In this document: positions 1-14,308 of the stretch, piece after piece | Layout: every line of letters starts with the position of its first letter | How positions within the stretch are numbered: position 1 is the stretch's first letter | Origin: Octopus vulgaris | Lineage: Eukaryota | DNA: 64,000 nt | Reading direction: 5' to 3' | NCBI GenBank assembly: GCA_951406725.2 | Contig: CATOCA020000001.1 | Location: 8,804,001 to 8,868,000, forward strand | Notes under the pieces: generated by a model | The model's input: the letters and a program-made list of their open reading frames with translations, nothing else | Database searches by the model: none | Told to the model about the DNA's origin: nothing | Position numbers and translations under genes: made by a program

Positions 1-381
1 CACAGACACACAAACACACACACATATATATATATATACATATATACGTCAGGTTTCTTTCAGTTTCCGTCTACCAAATCCACTCACAAGGCATTGGTCG
101 GCCCGGGGCTATAGCAGAAGACACTTGCCCAAGATGCCACGCAGTTGGACTGAACCCGGAACCGTGTGGTTGGTAAGCAAGCTACTTACCACACAGCCAC
201 CCCTAAGTCTATATACATATATACGACAGGCTTCTTTCAGTTTCCGTCTACCAAATCCACTCACAAGGCATTGGTCGGCCCGGGGCTATAGCAGAAGACA
301 CTTGCCCAAGATGCCACGCCGTGGGACTGAACCCGCAACCGTGTGGTTGGTTAGCAAGCTACTTACCACACAGCCACCCCC
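1..381 (-). mobile_element. Two tandem partial copies of tRNA-derived SINE family A (5' halves)
   Basis: Same sequence as the full copies at 688-1082 and 1274-1718, repeated at about 45-200 and 220-380. Confidence 0.85.
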
Positions 382-639
382 GTGCGCCTTTCGGTATCGA
401 TAAATGTAAAGTACCAGGGTTCTATTCTTCTCCTAGTTTCACTTTCGTTTTCTTATTTATTTCCGAAAAACGATCGATTGCTCTGGCGTTGTTGGCATTT
501 TGCAGATTTAAAAAGCTGAAATCGCGCCCCCACATCGAGGACACACCGTAGGCAAATTGAGGTTCCAGGGCACCTATGTAAATTTACTGAGTACAGAAAT
601 ACATATATACATATACATACATATATGTGTGTATGTGTG

Positions 640-685
<46 letters not shown>

Positions 686-687
686 CA

Positions 688-1082
688 TACTCTTTTATTC
701 TTTTACTTGTTTCAGTCATTTGACTGCGGCCATGTCGATCAAATCGACCCCGGGACTTATTCTTTGAAAGCCCAGTACTTATTCTATCGGTCTCTTTTTG
801 CCGAACCGCTAAGTGACGGGGACGTAAACACACCAGCATCGGTTGTCAAGCAATGCTGGGGGGACAAACACAGACATACAAACACACACACACATACATA
901 TATATATATATTTTTTTACGACAGGCTTCTTTCAGTTTCCGTCTATCAAATCCACTCACAAGGCATTGGTCGACCCGAGGCTATAGTAGAAGACACTTGC
1001 CCAAGATGCCACGCAGTGGAACTGAACGCGGAACCATGTGGCTGGTTAGCAAGCTACTTACCACACAGCCACTCCTGCGCCT
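688..1082 (-). mobile_element. tRNA-derived SINE family A (octopus-type)
   Basis: Minus-strand head AGGCGCAGGAGTGGCTGTGTGGTAAG... with pol III A/B-box-like motifs, internal (AT/CA)n, tail ending ...GACTGAAACAAGTAAAAGA. Confidence 0.9.
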
Positions 1083-1273
1083 ATATATATATATATATAT
1101 ATACATACACACGTGCGCATAACGAGGTGGGAGAAAATAGTACTCGAATACCAAAGGTAGAATAATATGTTGTTTGTCAAAGCTGAAAAAATCTTCAGCC
1201 ACGCTAAATGTGTGTGTATGTTTGTGTGTGTGTGTGAGAGAGAGGTGGGGGGTAAACAGGGACGCAGTGTGAT

Positions 1274-1480
1274 CTCTTTTACTCTTTTACTTGTTTCAGT
1301 CATTTGACTGCGGCCATGCTGGAGCCCCGCCTTTAGTCGAGCAACTCGACCCCGGGACTTATTCTTTGTAAGCTTAGTACTTATTCTATAGGTCTCTTTT
1401 GCCGAACCGCTAAGTGACGGGGATGTAAACACACCAGCATCGGTCGTCGAGCAATGTTAGGGGGACAAACACAGACACAC

Positions 1481-1556
<76 letters not shown>

Positions 1557-1718
1557 GACAGGCTTCTTTCAGTTTCCGTCTACCAAATCCACTCACAAGG
1601 CTTTGGTCGGCCCGGGGCTATAGCAGAAGACACTTGCCCAAGGTGCCACGCAATGGGACTGAACCCAGAACCATGTGGTTGGTTAGCAAGCTACTTACCA
1701 CACAGCCACTCCTGCGCC
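1274..1718 (-). mobile_element. tRNA-derived SINE family A
   Basis: Full-length copy, near-identical to the other family A copies. Confidence 0.9.
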
Positions 1719-1719
1719 T

Positions 1720-2162
1720 TTGTTATGTATTTGTCTGAATATTTTTTATCCTACCAAATGCGCCTACTATGATAGGAATTGTTTCTGTTTTTAGACTCCA
1801 CGTTCGTGTTACCTTTATTTCCAGATCTATGAACTTTGAAAGTTTCTCCGTTTTTTTCTTGAGAAACATTGCTATCTATTGGCATTGATACATCGATTAG
1901 AAAGCACTCTTTTTCCTTGGTGATTTCTGACAACTATATCTGGCCTATTGCCATTAACTTCTCTAATCTGTGTGTATTGGCATATCCCAGAATATGGTCT
2001 GAGCTCTCATTTTCTGAAATCTTTTTTGAGGTGTGCCATCTTTTGTCTCTTGTTATTTATTCCACAGTGTTCGCATAGCTTTTAGCGTAACTAGGTTCCA
2101 ACTCTCGTGTGTTTGTGAATATATTCCTTTATAACCAGAACTGGACAACCAGAGACAATATG
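1720..2162 (-). mobile_element. Decayed Dong/R4-like non-LTR element fragment (CCHC end plus restriction-like endonuclease)
   Basis: Frameshifted translation gives IVSGCPVL..., ANRPDIV.., KECFLIDVS.P.D.NV. Abuts a (TAA)n tract. Confidence 0.7.
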
Positions 2163-2195
<33 letters not shown>

Positions 2196-2199
<4 letters not shown>

Positions 2200-2580
2200 T
2201 AGTTTTATTTTTATAGCGTGCTTTCACTTCACTACCGAGCGCAGCTCTGTGTGCCTTGGGTATGTGCTGTGATTTGTTGTGATGCTCTGATGGTTATTGT
2301 ATGGAAAGTGTTCTGCGTAGGATGTGTGCAGTGCCTAGTAGTGCAATTTTCTGTATGTTATATGTGTTTGTAAGTCCTGGTGTTTTTGTTATGTATTTGT
2401 CTGAATATTTTTTTATCATGCCTAATGCACCTACTATGATAGGAATTGTTTCTGTTTTCAGATTCCACATTCTAGTTACCTCTATTTCCAGGTCTTTGTA
2501 TTTTGAGAGTTTCTCCATTTCTTTTAGAGTAACGTTGTCATCTGCCGGTATTGATACATCAATTAGAAAGCATTTTTTTC
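2196..2580 (-). mobile_element. 3' end of Dong/R4-like LINE
   Basis: ORF 2294-2518 KYKDLEIEVTRMWNLKTETIPIIVGALG...IQKIALLGTAHILRR is the C-terminus of a restriction-like endonuclease. The 3' UTR runs into (TAA)n. Confidence 0.8.
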
Positions 2581-2605
2581 TTCATCATATTATTATTATT
2601 ATTAT

Positions 2606-3161
2606 TGAGTGAGAGAGCAGTGCATGCCATCAAAGTGACTCTGGGTTACAAATATACGAAGCCCAGTATACCCATCATGACTACCCGTCTGATAAGGGTA
2701 CACTAGGCACATGCATCACAACCATATGTGCGCGACATGGTGATCTCATATCAAAATAAACAGCGCATGACCTTGCAGGTGGGGCCCAGTTAGAATTTTC
2801 TTCAGGTCGAGTAGCCCATCCCACTCTAAAGGTCCCTGAATAAGGGTTGTTTAAGGATGTTGAACGAAACACCCGTGTTTCCAGAGGTGAATTATTCAAA
2901 CCCCAAAGAAACCCTCTCAATACATGGCTATGATGCTCCCCCACTACTTCTGCTCGTGATCAGAGATGCACATATCGTCAGCCACTAAGGGACATGCTCA
3001 ACTGGTTAAGGTCAAACAACTGACAAGCAAATCTGTGGTATTGAGCAGAATATTTGCTGTAGCCCATCTTTTATACCAAGACAAAACAATGTACATGATA
3101 ACACTTCCAATCAGTTAAGATCAGAAGCCATGAGAGCCACTGCCTGGTACTGCATCAGGGC

Positions 3162-3163
<2 letters not shown>
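2606..3163. mobile_element. Non-coding insert bounded on both sides by (ATT)n; probable non-autonomous or UTR piece of a TAA-targeting element
   Basis: Complex sequence with sharp junctions to ATT repeats at both ends and no credible ORF. Confidence 0.45.
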
Positions 3164-4365
<1,202 letters not shown>

Positions 4366-6751
4366 GGCAGCGGTGTACTGGAACTGGCAGCAAAACGGGA
4401 GCATTCCCGGTTTTGTGAGCCGAGGAGCAGTAACACTGCTGAAGAAAGATCTAAACAAGGGAAATGTAATAGATAACTTTAGGCCCATCACTCTGCTTAA
4501 TGCAGACTTGAAGATTTTGGCCAAGGTGTTAGCCAAGAGGTTGGCGCTTGTCATCGAAAAACTGGTTGACAAGGCGCAAACGTGCACCGTGCCGGACCGG
4601 ATCATCCATGACAACCTCCACCTGATGCGCTACATCATAGACAGGGTAGTTAACGAACCTGGCATGGGTGGGGCGCTGATCAATCGAAAGCTTTCGATAG
4701 GGTAGACCATCGATACTTGGAGGCAGTCCTCAGAGCGGCTGGGTTCAGTCCCGTCTTCCGCGGCTGGATAGCCACTTTGTACAGAGGCATCCGTTCGGTA
4801 GTTCGCGTAAATGGACATCTATCGAGACCTTTCGACATCGCACGTTCGGTTCGTCAGGGATGCCCCCTCTCGTCGCTTCTATACGTATTGACTCTCGAGC
4901 CACTATTGCGGAAGCTGGCAACTCTGAGGGGCATCCCGTGAGAACTGGGATGCGGGACGAGCGTGTCTGCATACGCGGACGACGTCACCGTCATAGTGTC
5001 TAGCCACGAGCACATCGAGCAGGTCGGCGAGACACTGAAAAACTACGAAGCAGTGACAGGAGCAAAAATCAACCGGGAAAAGTCAGTGGGCTTGCGACTA
5101 GGCACCTGGAGAAGCAAACCCATGCCGTCCACCAGCGCCTCCGTTGTGGGACGCTGGACCGACGGTCCGGTCGAGTTGCTCGGGGTCTGGTTCAGTCCGG
5201 ACCTCCAAATGGAGAAGAACTGGAACGAGATAACGAGTAGGGTGGTCACTCTCGCCCAGCAATGGGCCGAGAGGAAACTGTCCCTAAAAGGTCGGGCGGA
5301 GGTGGCGAACACGTACATCGCGTCCATCATCTACTACCGCCTGACCGTCGTGCCTTGTTCCGACCCTACCGTCACCAAACTAGAACGTATTCTCTTTCGT
5401 TTCTTGTGGAAAGGATGCGTCCCGATGGTCAGACGATTCATTTGCTGCCAACTCCCGTTAAAAGGAGGGCTGGGCATGCCGTGGTTGATGATGCGCAGAC
5501 ATGCGCTGAGACTGCGACATCTCAGGCTCTTCGTAGACGACGGTGAACAGGTGTGGTCACCGTTTGTGAGGCACGCGTTCCCGCAGCTCGTCTCCATGAC
5601 CGAAATGCAATCGTAGATCAAAAAGAGGCCGAGGAAGGGCGAATGGCATCGCGAGTGTCGCGTTGCTCTCAAGCAACTCTGCCGTCCTGGGTCAACCTTG
5701 AGTGACTCCATCACAACCAAAGCATTCTATAGGGGATTAGTGGAGGGGAGGTACGACGATGAGCTCGGGGCGAACCTGGACGTCGACGAGGAATACCTGA
5801 CCCGCCTGTTCGGGACTACTTTCGGGCCAGGGCCCATGGACAACTTCCAGAGATCCCTGGCCTGGCAGTGCTACCGAGAAGCGCTACCCGTTCGGGATAA
5901 GCTCTACAGACACGGCTCGAGAAACACGGGGCCGACCTGCCCGAGATGCGGTCAGAGCGACGAAACCGTTCTGCACGCACTCGTGCAGTGTCCAACAATT
6001 TCCGACCTGTGGGCTTATGTCGAACAACTGCTGTTACGTGTGGGACGAGTTGGTTTATCAGCTGAGTCTATTGTCAATATTGTCACGCCTCCTTCCTTCA
6101 AACGGGAAGGAAGAGCTATTTTCATCATCCTTGTGGCTATGGCGAAAGAATGTATCTGGTGGACGCGTCTGAAAGGATTGGAGAGAAACACTTTCCTCTC
6201 TGGTCAATCTCTCATCAACTTCTTCAAGTATCACTTGAAGAGGAAAGTGAGAGTAGAGAGGCAAGTTTTGTCTAGCGAATGTTCTAAAAAAAGATGGGTG
6301 AATGTAGAAAGGATGGCACGTATGAATGACGAAGCCACCTTGAGCATAATCCTATGAACCCAGAAATTGAAAACAGAGGATTACCCACTTGCAAACAAAT
6401 GTGGTAACATATAACAATATTGACCGAGGTTACCGTTGTCTTTTTCCTAGGCTTTTCTTCCCACGGATAAACCTTATCTGCCTCCCCCTTTACACCGTAC
6501 ATCATGACACTGTGATACATGATCCCTATTGATCGTTTATGTTCCTCTTCCCCTTTTTCCTCTTTTTCCTTCTTTTTTTTTTTTCTTTCCTTTTGTTTCT
6601 TTTCCTTTTTTTATCTTTTTTTCTTTTCTCCCTTTTACGATCCCTTTTGATTTAAAACCTACGCCACTTTTTTTTTCTTCCTCCAAAAGAAAAGCTCTGC
6701 CTTGTAATTTGTCCCATCTGTGTGCAGCCCTGTGTGGCTAATAAAGAAAAA
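4366..6751 (+). mobile_element. 5'-truncated Tx1/L1-clade LINE; ORF2 pseudogene (RT plus CCHC) and 3' UTR
   Basis: Motifs NFRPITLLNADLKILAK, KAFDRVDH, SVRQGCPLS, SAYADD, KGGLG and CPRCGQSDETVLHALVQC. Frameshift near 4685, stops at 4939 and 5614, ORF end 6357. Ends AATAAAGAAAA then (ATCT)n. Confidence 0.9.
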
Positions 6752-6752
6752 C

Positions 6753-6787
<35 letters not shown>

Positions 6788-6803
6788 CCTATCTATTGAT
6801 GTC

Positions 6804-6847
<44 letters not shown>

Positions 6848-6887
6848 CTCCCGTATTATATATATGTCGCTATATAACTCCGGCTTA

Positions 6888-7117
6888 ATTGTTTATTGCC
6901 CACAAGGGGCTAAACATAGAGGGGACGAACAAGGAGAGACAAACGGATTAAGTCGATTACATCGACCCCAGTGCGTAACTGGTACTTAATTTATCGACCC
7001 CGAAAGGATGAAAGGCAAAGTCGACCTCAGCGGAATTTGAACTCAGAACGTAACGGCGGACGAAATGCCACAAAGCATTTCGTCCGGCGTGCTAACGTTT
7101 CTGCCAGCTCGCCGCCT
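6888..7117 (-). mobile_element. tRNA-derived SINE family B (core GCCTTTCATCCTTTCGGGGTCGATAAATTAAGTACC)
   Basis: Head AGGCGGCGAGCTGGCAGAAACGTTAGC...GAGTTCAAATTCC. The same core recurs at 17407-17545 and 35098-35293. Confidence 0.85.
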
Positions 7118-9089
7118 TCTTATTGATTCTCTTACTTCATACTCTGTTTTCCTCACATCCGCTTTCTCTCTCTCTCTCTCTCTCTTTCCTACCCTCTCTC
7201 CCTCTCTCTCTCTCTCTATTCCTCGCATCTACATCATATATTCGAGTTATCCCTCTTTCTCTCCTTTCTCTCACCATCTCGTTACACATTCATTTCAATC
7301 TCTCCACCTCCCTTGCTACATCACTTACCTTATCCTCTCCCTCACTTGCCGCAACTCTATGTCTCATACTCACCCCCTCTCTTTCTCTGTTACCCCCATG
7401 CATTAACCTATCACACCCCGCCCTCTCCCTTTTCCCACTCCCCCCACCGCATTATACATTACCCTTTCCCTCTTCCTTTAATTTTATTTCTCAGACGCTT
7501 CTGTCCTTCTAATAAATTATATTTTCAGATTTGCCTTAAAATTGTTTTCTTGTTTACGTTGATTACTAACTAATTAATTATTTAATTAATTTAATGAAAA
7601 TAGTTCAGTCATTGAAGGACAATTTAAGAAACCTTTATTAAAAGAACTGTCTTATAGAGGACTTCACATCATGCTAGAAATAACTGTCAAGTGCACAGAA
7701 ATGTGTGTTCTTTTTCATAGAGAACTGAAAGGTCTTAAAGAATCATAAATCTGCCCCCGTCAAAGTGGTCAGTATTGATGCTGAAAACACAAACCAAGGG
7801 ACTTCAAATTCCCTTTGTTTATCCTTTTTTATGTATGTAAGTGAAGGATAACTTCAGAAAACTTTATGAAGCAATCTGACCCCTATATTGTCTCGCATCA
7901 TTCAAGAAAGACCAACGATGCTTCGTATTGTACTACAGGTGGTCCGGTATCTTGCTAGAAATAATAGCTCATTGTATTATTTTCATGCACGACTGAAGGA
8001 TACTTTAAAAAGCATCTGGAGAAATATTGTCCTTCTGGTGGTCTTACGTGATGCTAGAAATAACAGCCACGTACGCTAAAATTTTGTATTGTTTTCCTAT
8101 AAGAAATAAGGACACTTAAAAAACCCTCTACACACACACACACATATCCTTCGCTGTGCTTCTCCAATTCTTTCACTCCCTCTCTCAACCGATACACTCC
8201 CTCTCCCATCGTTGTCTCAGAGGAGACCCCCTCCCTCTCTCTCTCACTCTCTCCCTCTTTACCACCTCATATATCATAATATCCCTCTACTTCTTTTGCT
8301 TTCTCGCCCACGTCAATCCCTCCCCCCTCAATTTCCAAACCTCTCTGTCGCCATCTCTCTCTCTCTCCCCCACCTCATTATATGACTACGCCTTCTTTGC
8401 TTTTATCTCTTACCTCATACTTTCCCTCTTTTGCTAAGCTTATATATCCTTCTTTACTCCCTTTCTATCTCTCTCTCTATCAGTCTCTCTCTCTATCTCT
8501 CTCTCTATCAGTCTCTCTCTCTCTCTCTCTCTCTGTCGCTTTGTCTGTCTCATTATTTGCCTCTCTCTTTCTCACTCTCTCTTTTCTTACTCTCTCTCTC
8601 TCTCTATCTTCCAACCCCTGTCAATGTCACTCCCCCTCTCTCTCTTACCTCTTTATATATTAACTCTCGCCTATTTTCTCCTTGTCTCTCAACTCCTACT
8701 CTCCCTCTCTATCAATTATGTTTTGTTCTAATCCTCTCTCTCTCTCTCCTTCTTACTCTCCATCTTTCTCCCTCTCTTTCCGTCTCTCGCTTTTTCTCCC
8801 ACTCACTCTCCCTCCTCCTCTCTTCAAAGAACGAAAGAATCACTTCGACTTTCTTTATTTCTTCCTTTCTTTCTTCCGTTCTTTCTTACTTTCTTTCTTT
8901 CCTGCTTTCTTTCTTTCTTTCTTTCCTTCTTTTCCTTTCCTTTCCTTCTTTCTTTCTTTCTTTCCTTCTTGTTTCTTTATCTTTTTGAGCATTTGCTTCT
9001 TTTTTCTTCCTTTACATCTTTCCTTCTTTCCTTGTTTTTTTGTTCTTTCTCTCTTTCTTTCCTTTCTTTTTTCCTTTTTCTTCCTTCTT

Positions 9090-9146
9090 TTTTTTCTAGC
9101 CTTGTTTCCTTCTTTCATTCATTCTTTCTCTCTTACTATCTTCTAT

Positions 9147-9179
<33 letters not shown>

Positions 9180-9349
9180 CTATTTTCTCTCCTTGTTTCC
9201 TTTTTTTTTCTTTTCTCTTACTCTTCTATTCTCTTCTTTCTCTTCTTTCTTTCTTTCTTCTTTCTTTCTTTATTTGTCTCTAGCCTTGTTTCCTTCTTTA
9301 TTCATTATTTCTCACTTACTATCTTCTATTCTCTCTCTCTTTCTCTCTT

Positions 9350-9388
<39 letters not shown>

Positions 9389-9563
9389 ATTTGTCTCTAG
9401 CCTTGTTTCCTTCTTTCATTCATTCTTCCTCTCTTACTATCTTCTATTCTCTCTCTCTCATTCTCTCTCTCTTTCTCTCTTTCCTTCTCTCTTTCTTTCT
9501 TTCTATTTGTCTCTAGCCTTGTTTCCTTCTTTCATTCATTCTTTCTCTCTTACTATCTTCTAT

Positions 9564-9595
<32 letters not shown>

Positions 9596-9980
9596 TTTCT
9601 ATTTGTCTCTAGCCTTGTTTCCTTCTTTCATTCATTCTTTCTCTTTACTATCTTCTATTCTCTCTCTCTCTCTCTCTCTCTCTTTCCTTCTTTCTTTCTT
9701 TCTATTTGTCTCTAGCCTTGTTTCCTTCTTTCATTCATTCTTTCTCTCTTACTATCTTCTATTCTCTCTCTCTCTTTCTCTCTCTTTCTTTCTTTCTATT
9801 TGTCTCTAGCCTTGTTTCCTTCTTTCATTCATTCTTTCTCTCCTACTATCTTCTATTCTCTCTCTCTTTCTCTCTCTTTCTTTCTCTCTTTCTTTCTTTC
9901 TTTCTTTCTATTTGTCTCTAGCCTTGTTTCCTTCTTTCATTCATTCTTTCTCTCTTACTATCTTCTATTCTCTCTCTCTT

Positions 9981-10019
<39 letters not shown>

Positions 10020-10078
10020 ATTTGTCTCTAGCCTTGTTTCCTTCTTTCATTCATTCTTTCTCTCTTACTATCTTCTAT

Positions 10079-10109
<31 letters not shown>

Positions 10110-10190
10110 TTCTCTTTCTTTCTTTCTTTCTATTTGTCTCTAGCCTTGTTTCCTTCTTTCATTCATTCTTTGTCTCTTACTATCTTCTAT

Positions 10191-10224
<34 letters not shown>

Positions 10225-10300
10225 CTTCTTTCTTTCTTTCTTTCTATTTGTCTCTACCCTTGTTTCATTCATTCATTCTCTCTTACTGTCTTCTATTCTC
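9090..10300 (+). repeat. Minisatellite of about 11 units with core TTTGTCTCTAGCCTTGTTTCCTTCTTTCATTCATTCTTTCTCTCTTACTATCTTCTATTC and variable (CT/TTTC) linkers
   Basis: Core seen at about 9097, 9280, 9398, 9512, 9608, 9712, 9806, 9917, 10027, 10140 and 10253. Confidence 0.9.
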
Positions 10301-11279
10301 TCTCTCTCTCCTTCCCTCTTTCTCTCTCTCATTCTCATCTCGTTCTTTATTACAGAATCACTTCACGTTTTTTTTGTTTCTTTCCATCTTTCTTCCTCAC
10401 TTTCTTGTTCTGTTTCTTTTTCTTCCTTCATTTCATTATTCCTTCCTTCCATCTTTTCTTTCTTTCTTTTTCCCTCCCATCCTTCCCTTCTTTCTTCTTT
10501 TCTCTCTTGATTTCCTTATTTCTCGTTGTCTCTTCCTCCCTCTCTCCTCTCACTTTCTCTTTGTCATCTCTGTAACCCCATCTCTCAATCCTCTCTCTCT
10601 CTCTCTCTCTCTCCTTCAAACCCATCTCTTTGTCTCCCTCTTCTTCTCTCTCTTTAACTCTGACCCTTCCTGTATCTGACTGTCTGTCTGTCTACCTGTG
10701 TGTCTCTCTCCTTTTCTTTGCTTCTCTCTCTCTCTCTCTCACCTCATTATTTATTACTCTACCATTCTGCCTCTCTTCCCATTTATAAGTCTGAAACCTA
10801 TTTAGGGGTAATTTGGGGTCACTAAGTTTTAAAATAGCAATATTTTTCTTTTCTATCACATCACGTGATATTTCCCTATAGACTGGTCCATATTAACCCA
10901 CCCATAGCTCCATCTTTCAGAAATTTCTCGATGTGTTTTTGGTAGAGTAGCTTAGCAGTAAGAATCTCAGAGTCAGTTGAGCATTCAGTGAGTGAGGTTG
11001 TGACGCTCTGTTGGCCTCGTATACATACATGTATAGAAGTGTGTTTCCTAATATCTCTGAGCTTCAACGCTCGGTCGTCTCAATCTGCTTTGTTAATCTC
11101 TTCTTACTATCAACAAATGTACAAAAGACATCATCGTTAAACATTTCTGTTGAATATTTATTTTATCCAAGTATTTCGACATCTATTTAGACAAACCTAG
11201 ATACATAAATATGCTCTTTGTTCTTTTCTCTCTTTTCACATTTATCTCCTGAAATAATGCAGAGGTTCAGTCGCATGGT

Positions 11280-12600
11280 GTCATTGCGAAGGAAATGATT
11301 GAAATTCCCTGACACCTGTGGGTGTTTTACAGTATCAAGTCCAAGAATGAACATTGCTCAATTGACTTACCTGAAGATTAAAGTTGGCAATCGGTATAAA
11401 TCATGGGTCCCGCTCAATATATGTAAACCCGGTGCCGAAAAATCTATGCCAATCGACAAAGGACTCAAACAAACAACTAACTTTTGGCATTCTTATGGCA
11501 TGGTGAGAACCGAAGAACCATATTAAAGATTGCTACTTTTGTCTCACAAATTCTTCTGGTTATAGCAAGAGATTGCGACAGAACAAATCTGGATTCATCA
11601 AATCGTCCAATGTTTCACCCAGAACCCAGTTTCAAGGATCTACCGTCATTGCAAGATAAAACTGGTATATGTGAAGTAGATGTAAAACATGAAGATGACA
11701 GTGATACAGACTTTGTAGTAACATCGACCAAAGAACGTGAAAACCAGGCAGAACTCAAGTATTTCGTTAGAGACCTACGACTGTCACAAGAGTTATCGGA
11801 ACTTATCTTCTAGGCTTAAAGAGAAGAATGTGTTGCAGAAACGTGACTTTTTATCAGAACAAAGAAAAAGTCCTCTTAGCATTCATTACAACTGAAAATT
11901 ATTTTGTTTACTGTTGTGACGTGGCGGGGCTGTTAAATGCGATGGGTGGTGGATACTATGACCGTAGTGAGTTTATAGATAGCTGAAAGAAGTGTCTAAA
12001 ATGTTTGTTAGTCCATAATTGAAACTTGTTTGCTGCGCTTCCTATTGGTCACTCTGTGAACTTAAAAGAGAATTATGATCACATAAAAGTTGAATTAGAT
12101 TTACCCAAATCTGATGAACACAAATGGGTCATATGTGTGGATCTAAAAATGCTCAACTTTTTACTTGGTCAACAAAGAGTTTACACAAAACATCCGTCTT
12201 TCCTGGGTTTATGCGATAACCAAACGAGAGACAATCATAGGGAGCCGGAAACTCTGGCAAGTAAGGAAAAGTTTGACTTCTGGAGAGAAGAATATCATAC
12301 ACGAAACACTTGTTGAGCGAGAGAAAATCATTTTCTCAACCCTTAATTTTAAACTAAGACTAATGAAGTAATATATCGAAGCTCTTAATGTGGAGAGTAG
12401 CTGTTTCGAATTCATATGTTTAGCATTTCCTGTGTTATGATAAAATAATGGATGGTGTTTTTTGATGGGTCACAAATCCGAAAGTTAATGAAATGCCAGA
12501 CATTCTCGTGCTCGATGACTGACGTAGAAAAAAGAGCATGGGATTCATTTGTGGCTGTTGTGAAAGGATTCGTAGCGAGTGAAAAGGCTGAGAACTACAA
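11280..12600 (+). mobile_element. Decayed DNA transposase, Chapaev3-like (CMC superfamily; tentative)
   Basis: Fragmented motifs W*EPKNHIKDCYFC (about 11500-11542), PIGHSVNLKENY..., KWVICVDLKMLNFLLGQQ, FDGSQIRKLMK...EKRAWDSF. Many stops and frameshifts. Confidence 0.65.
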
Positions 12601-12609
12601 TAAGGATTC

Positions 12610-13822
12610 ATTATTTATTTGTCCTCATTTTGTTTGTTGTTCTCATTCCTAAGGTATTTTTCGATGTTATTATTATTATTAAGGTCATTGCCTGGATTCG
12701 AACTCGGAATCTTGGGGTTAGTAGCCTGTGGGCAATTATGGAGTGAATTTTATGGGTTATAAACCTAATATTTCCCTATCCTTCCTTAATACCGGTTCCC
12801 ATATGCTGCTCATATCTGCACTCGGTCTGCTTAGGAGGATGTTGTGTCCTTGCATATGTGCTGCTTCTTTTAGTTTTCCTATTTTCCAGTGGTGTTCTCT
12901 GTCTATTATTTTAACTTCATCCCACCCGGATGAGGTGGTCTCCATTTTTCCATACATGATCACCTATACCCGTTTTATCAATATCTCCTCGTGTCACAGC
13001 TTTGCGATGTGCGTCTACCCTTATTTTGAGTGGGAGGCATGTTTCGCCTTTGTATAACCTACCATAGCTGCATGGGATGGAGTACACGTAGTCTTTGGTC
13101 ACATTCTCTTCTATTGGTGGTTTAACTCGAAGGAAATATTTGCGAAGTGTTGTATTACTCTTGAATACTGTCCTGATGTCCTATGGGCCGCATATCTTTT
13201 GTATCTTTTCGGAGAAGCCTTTCACATAGGGTAGACAGACTGTGGACAGTTTATTGGTTTCATCCTCTCTTTTCTTCATAATTAGAGTGGATTGTATATT
13301 TTGGGGTAGTTGTTACTTAATAGATTGTTACTTAGCTTGATCATTTCTTCGTTGTGGGTATCACAATCGCTACTTATATTCTTTGCTCGATGTTTTAGGC
13401 ACTGAGCAATCCCTCTCTTTACACTGTATGGATTGTAGGAATTGAAGTTGAGGTATCGTCCGGTGAAGGTCGGCTTGTAGTATACGGATGTCCTGAATCC
13501 ATACTTGGTGCATGTTATTAATACGTCCAGGAATGCCAGCTGATTGTATTTCTCCTTTTCCATTGTGAACTGTATGGATGGCTTTATTGAGTTCACATGA
13601 TATAACAGCACTTGGCCATATTCCTGGTGGGGCCAGACTATAAACGTGTCATCAACATATCGCAGCCATAGGGTTGGTTTTAGTGGTGTTGATCCTAAGA
13701 TTCACTCCATAATTGCACACGGGCATATGACGCAGTGGTTAAGAGCGCGGGCTACTAACCCCAAGATTCCGAGTTCGATTTTCGATTCCAGACAGGGACC
13801 TGAATAATAATAATAATAATAA

Positions 13823-13872
<50 letters not shown>

Positions 13873-13882
13873 TGGAAAAATA
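12610..13882 (-). mobile_element. Penelope-like retroelement, 5'-truncated, with inverted terminal repeat
   Basis: RT motifs WLRYVDDT and IQFTMEKE..LAFLDV..SVYYKPT; GIY-YIG-like VYSIPCS.GRLYKGET...H and HVW...KLKEAAH. 12655-12747 is an inverted copy (with a deletion) of 13701-13882. Confidence 0.85.
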
Positions 13883-14308
13883 TGTAGTACTCCTTGGAGT
13901 AGTCCGTCCGCTTTGGTCCTCCCGTGAATCCCACCTCTCACCTGTGGTTCATCAATGCTATCTGCATGCAACAGTATCCACACCAAGGCTCACGGCTTCC
14001 ACAGGCTGGCTAAACCATGGAAAGGGTAGCACACGGCCTTTAACCATTGGTGGACTAGGGCTAGTCTACCTAAGGATGTGAACCGGTTGAGTGTGCTGAG
14101 GAAACCACTAGACAGGCTCGACGGACCGGCAAACTTTGTGGAGGGCCAACTGCAACCTGTCTGTAGTTTTCTTGACTTCATCCTTCCACTGGAATCACAG
14201 AGGAAGGGACGAGAGAGTGAGTCAGATGCTATTGTGCAACCTTCCCTCACTTTAATCCATGTCACGCTCAATTCAAGATATCACACCATCCCAGGGTCAA
14301 GTAAAGAA

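Noticed and set aside
125-1738. Recurrent small ORFs such as RQASFSFRLPNPLTR... (also 21508-21795)
   Set aside because: Antisense translations of SINE family A, not a protein family.
9090-10300. CRISPR-like look (constant core with variable spacers), also at 18820-19720
   Set aside because: Spacers are only CT/TTTC slippage variants, the context is eukaryotic and there are no cas genes; these are minisatellites.
13721-13800. Functional tRNA gene (apparent ACT anticodon)
   Set aside because: T-arm segment is duplicated, the acceptor stem is poor and it is embedded in a Penelope terminal repeat; treated as tRNA-derived.
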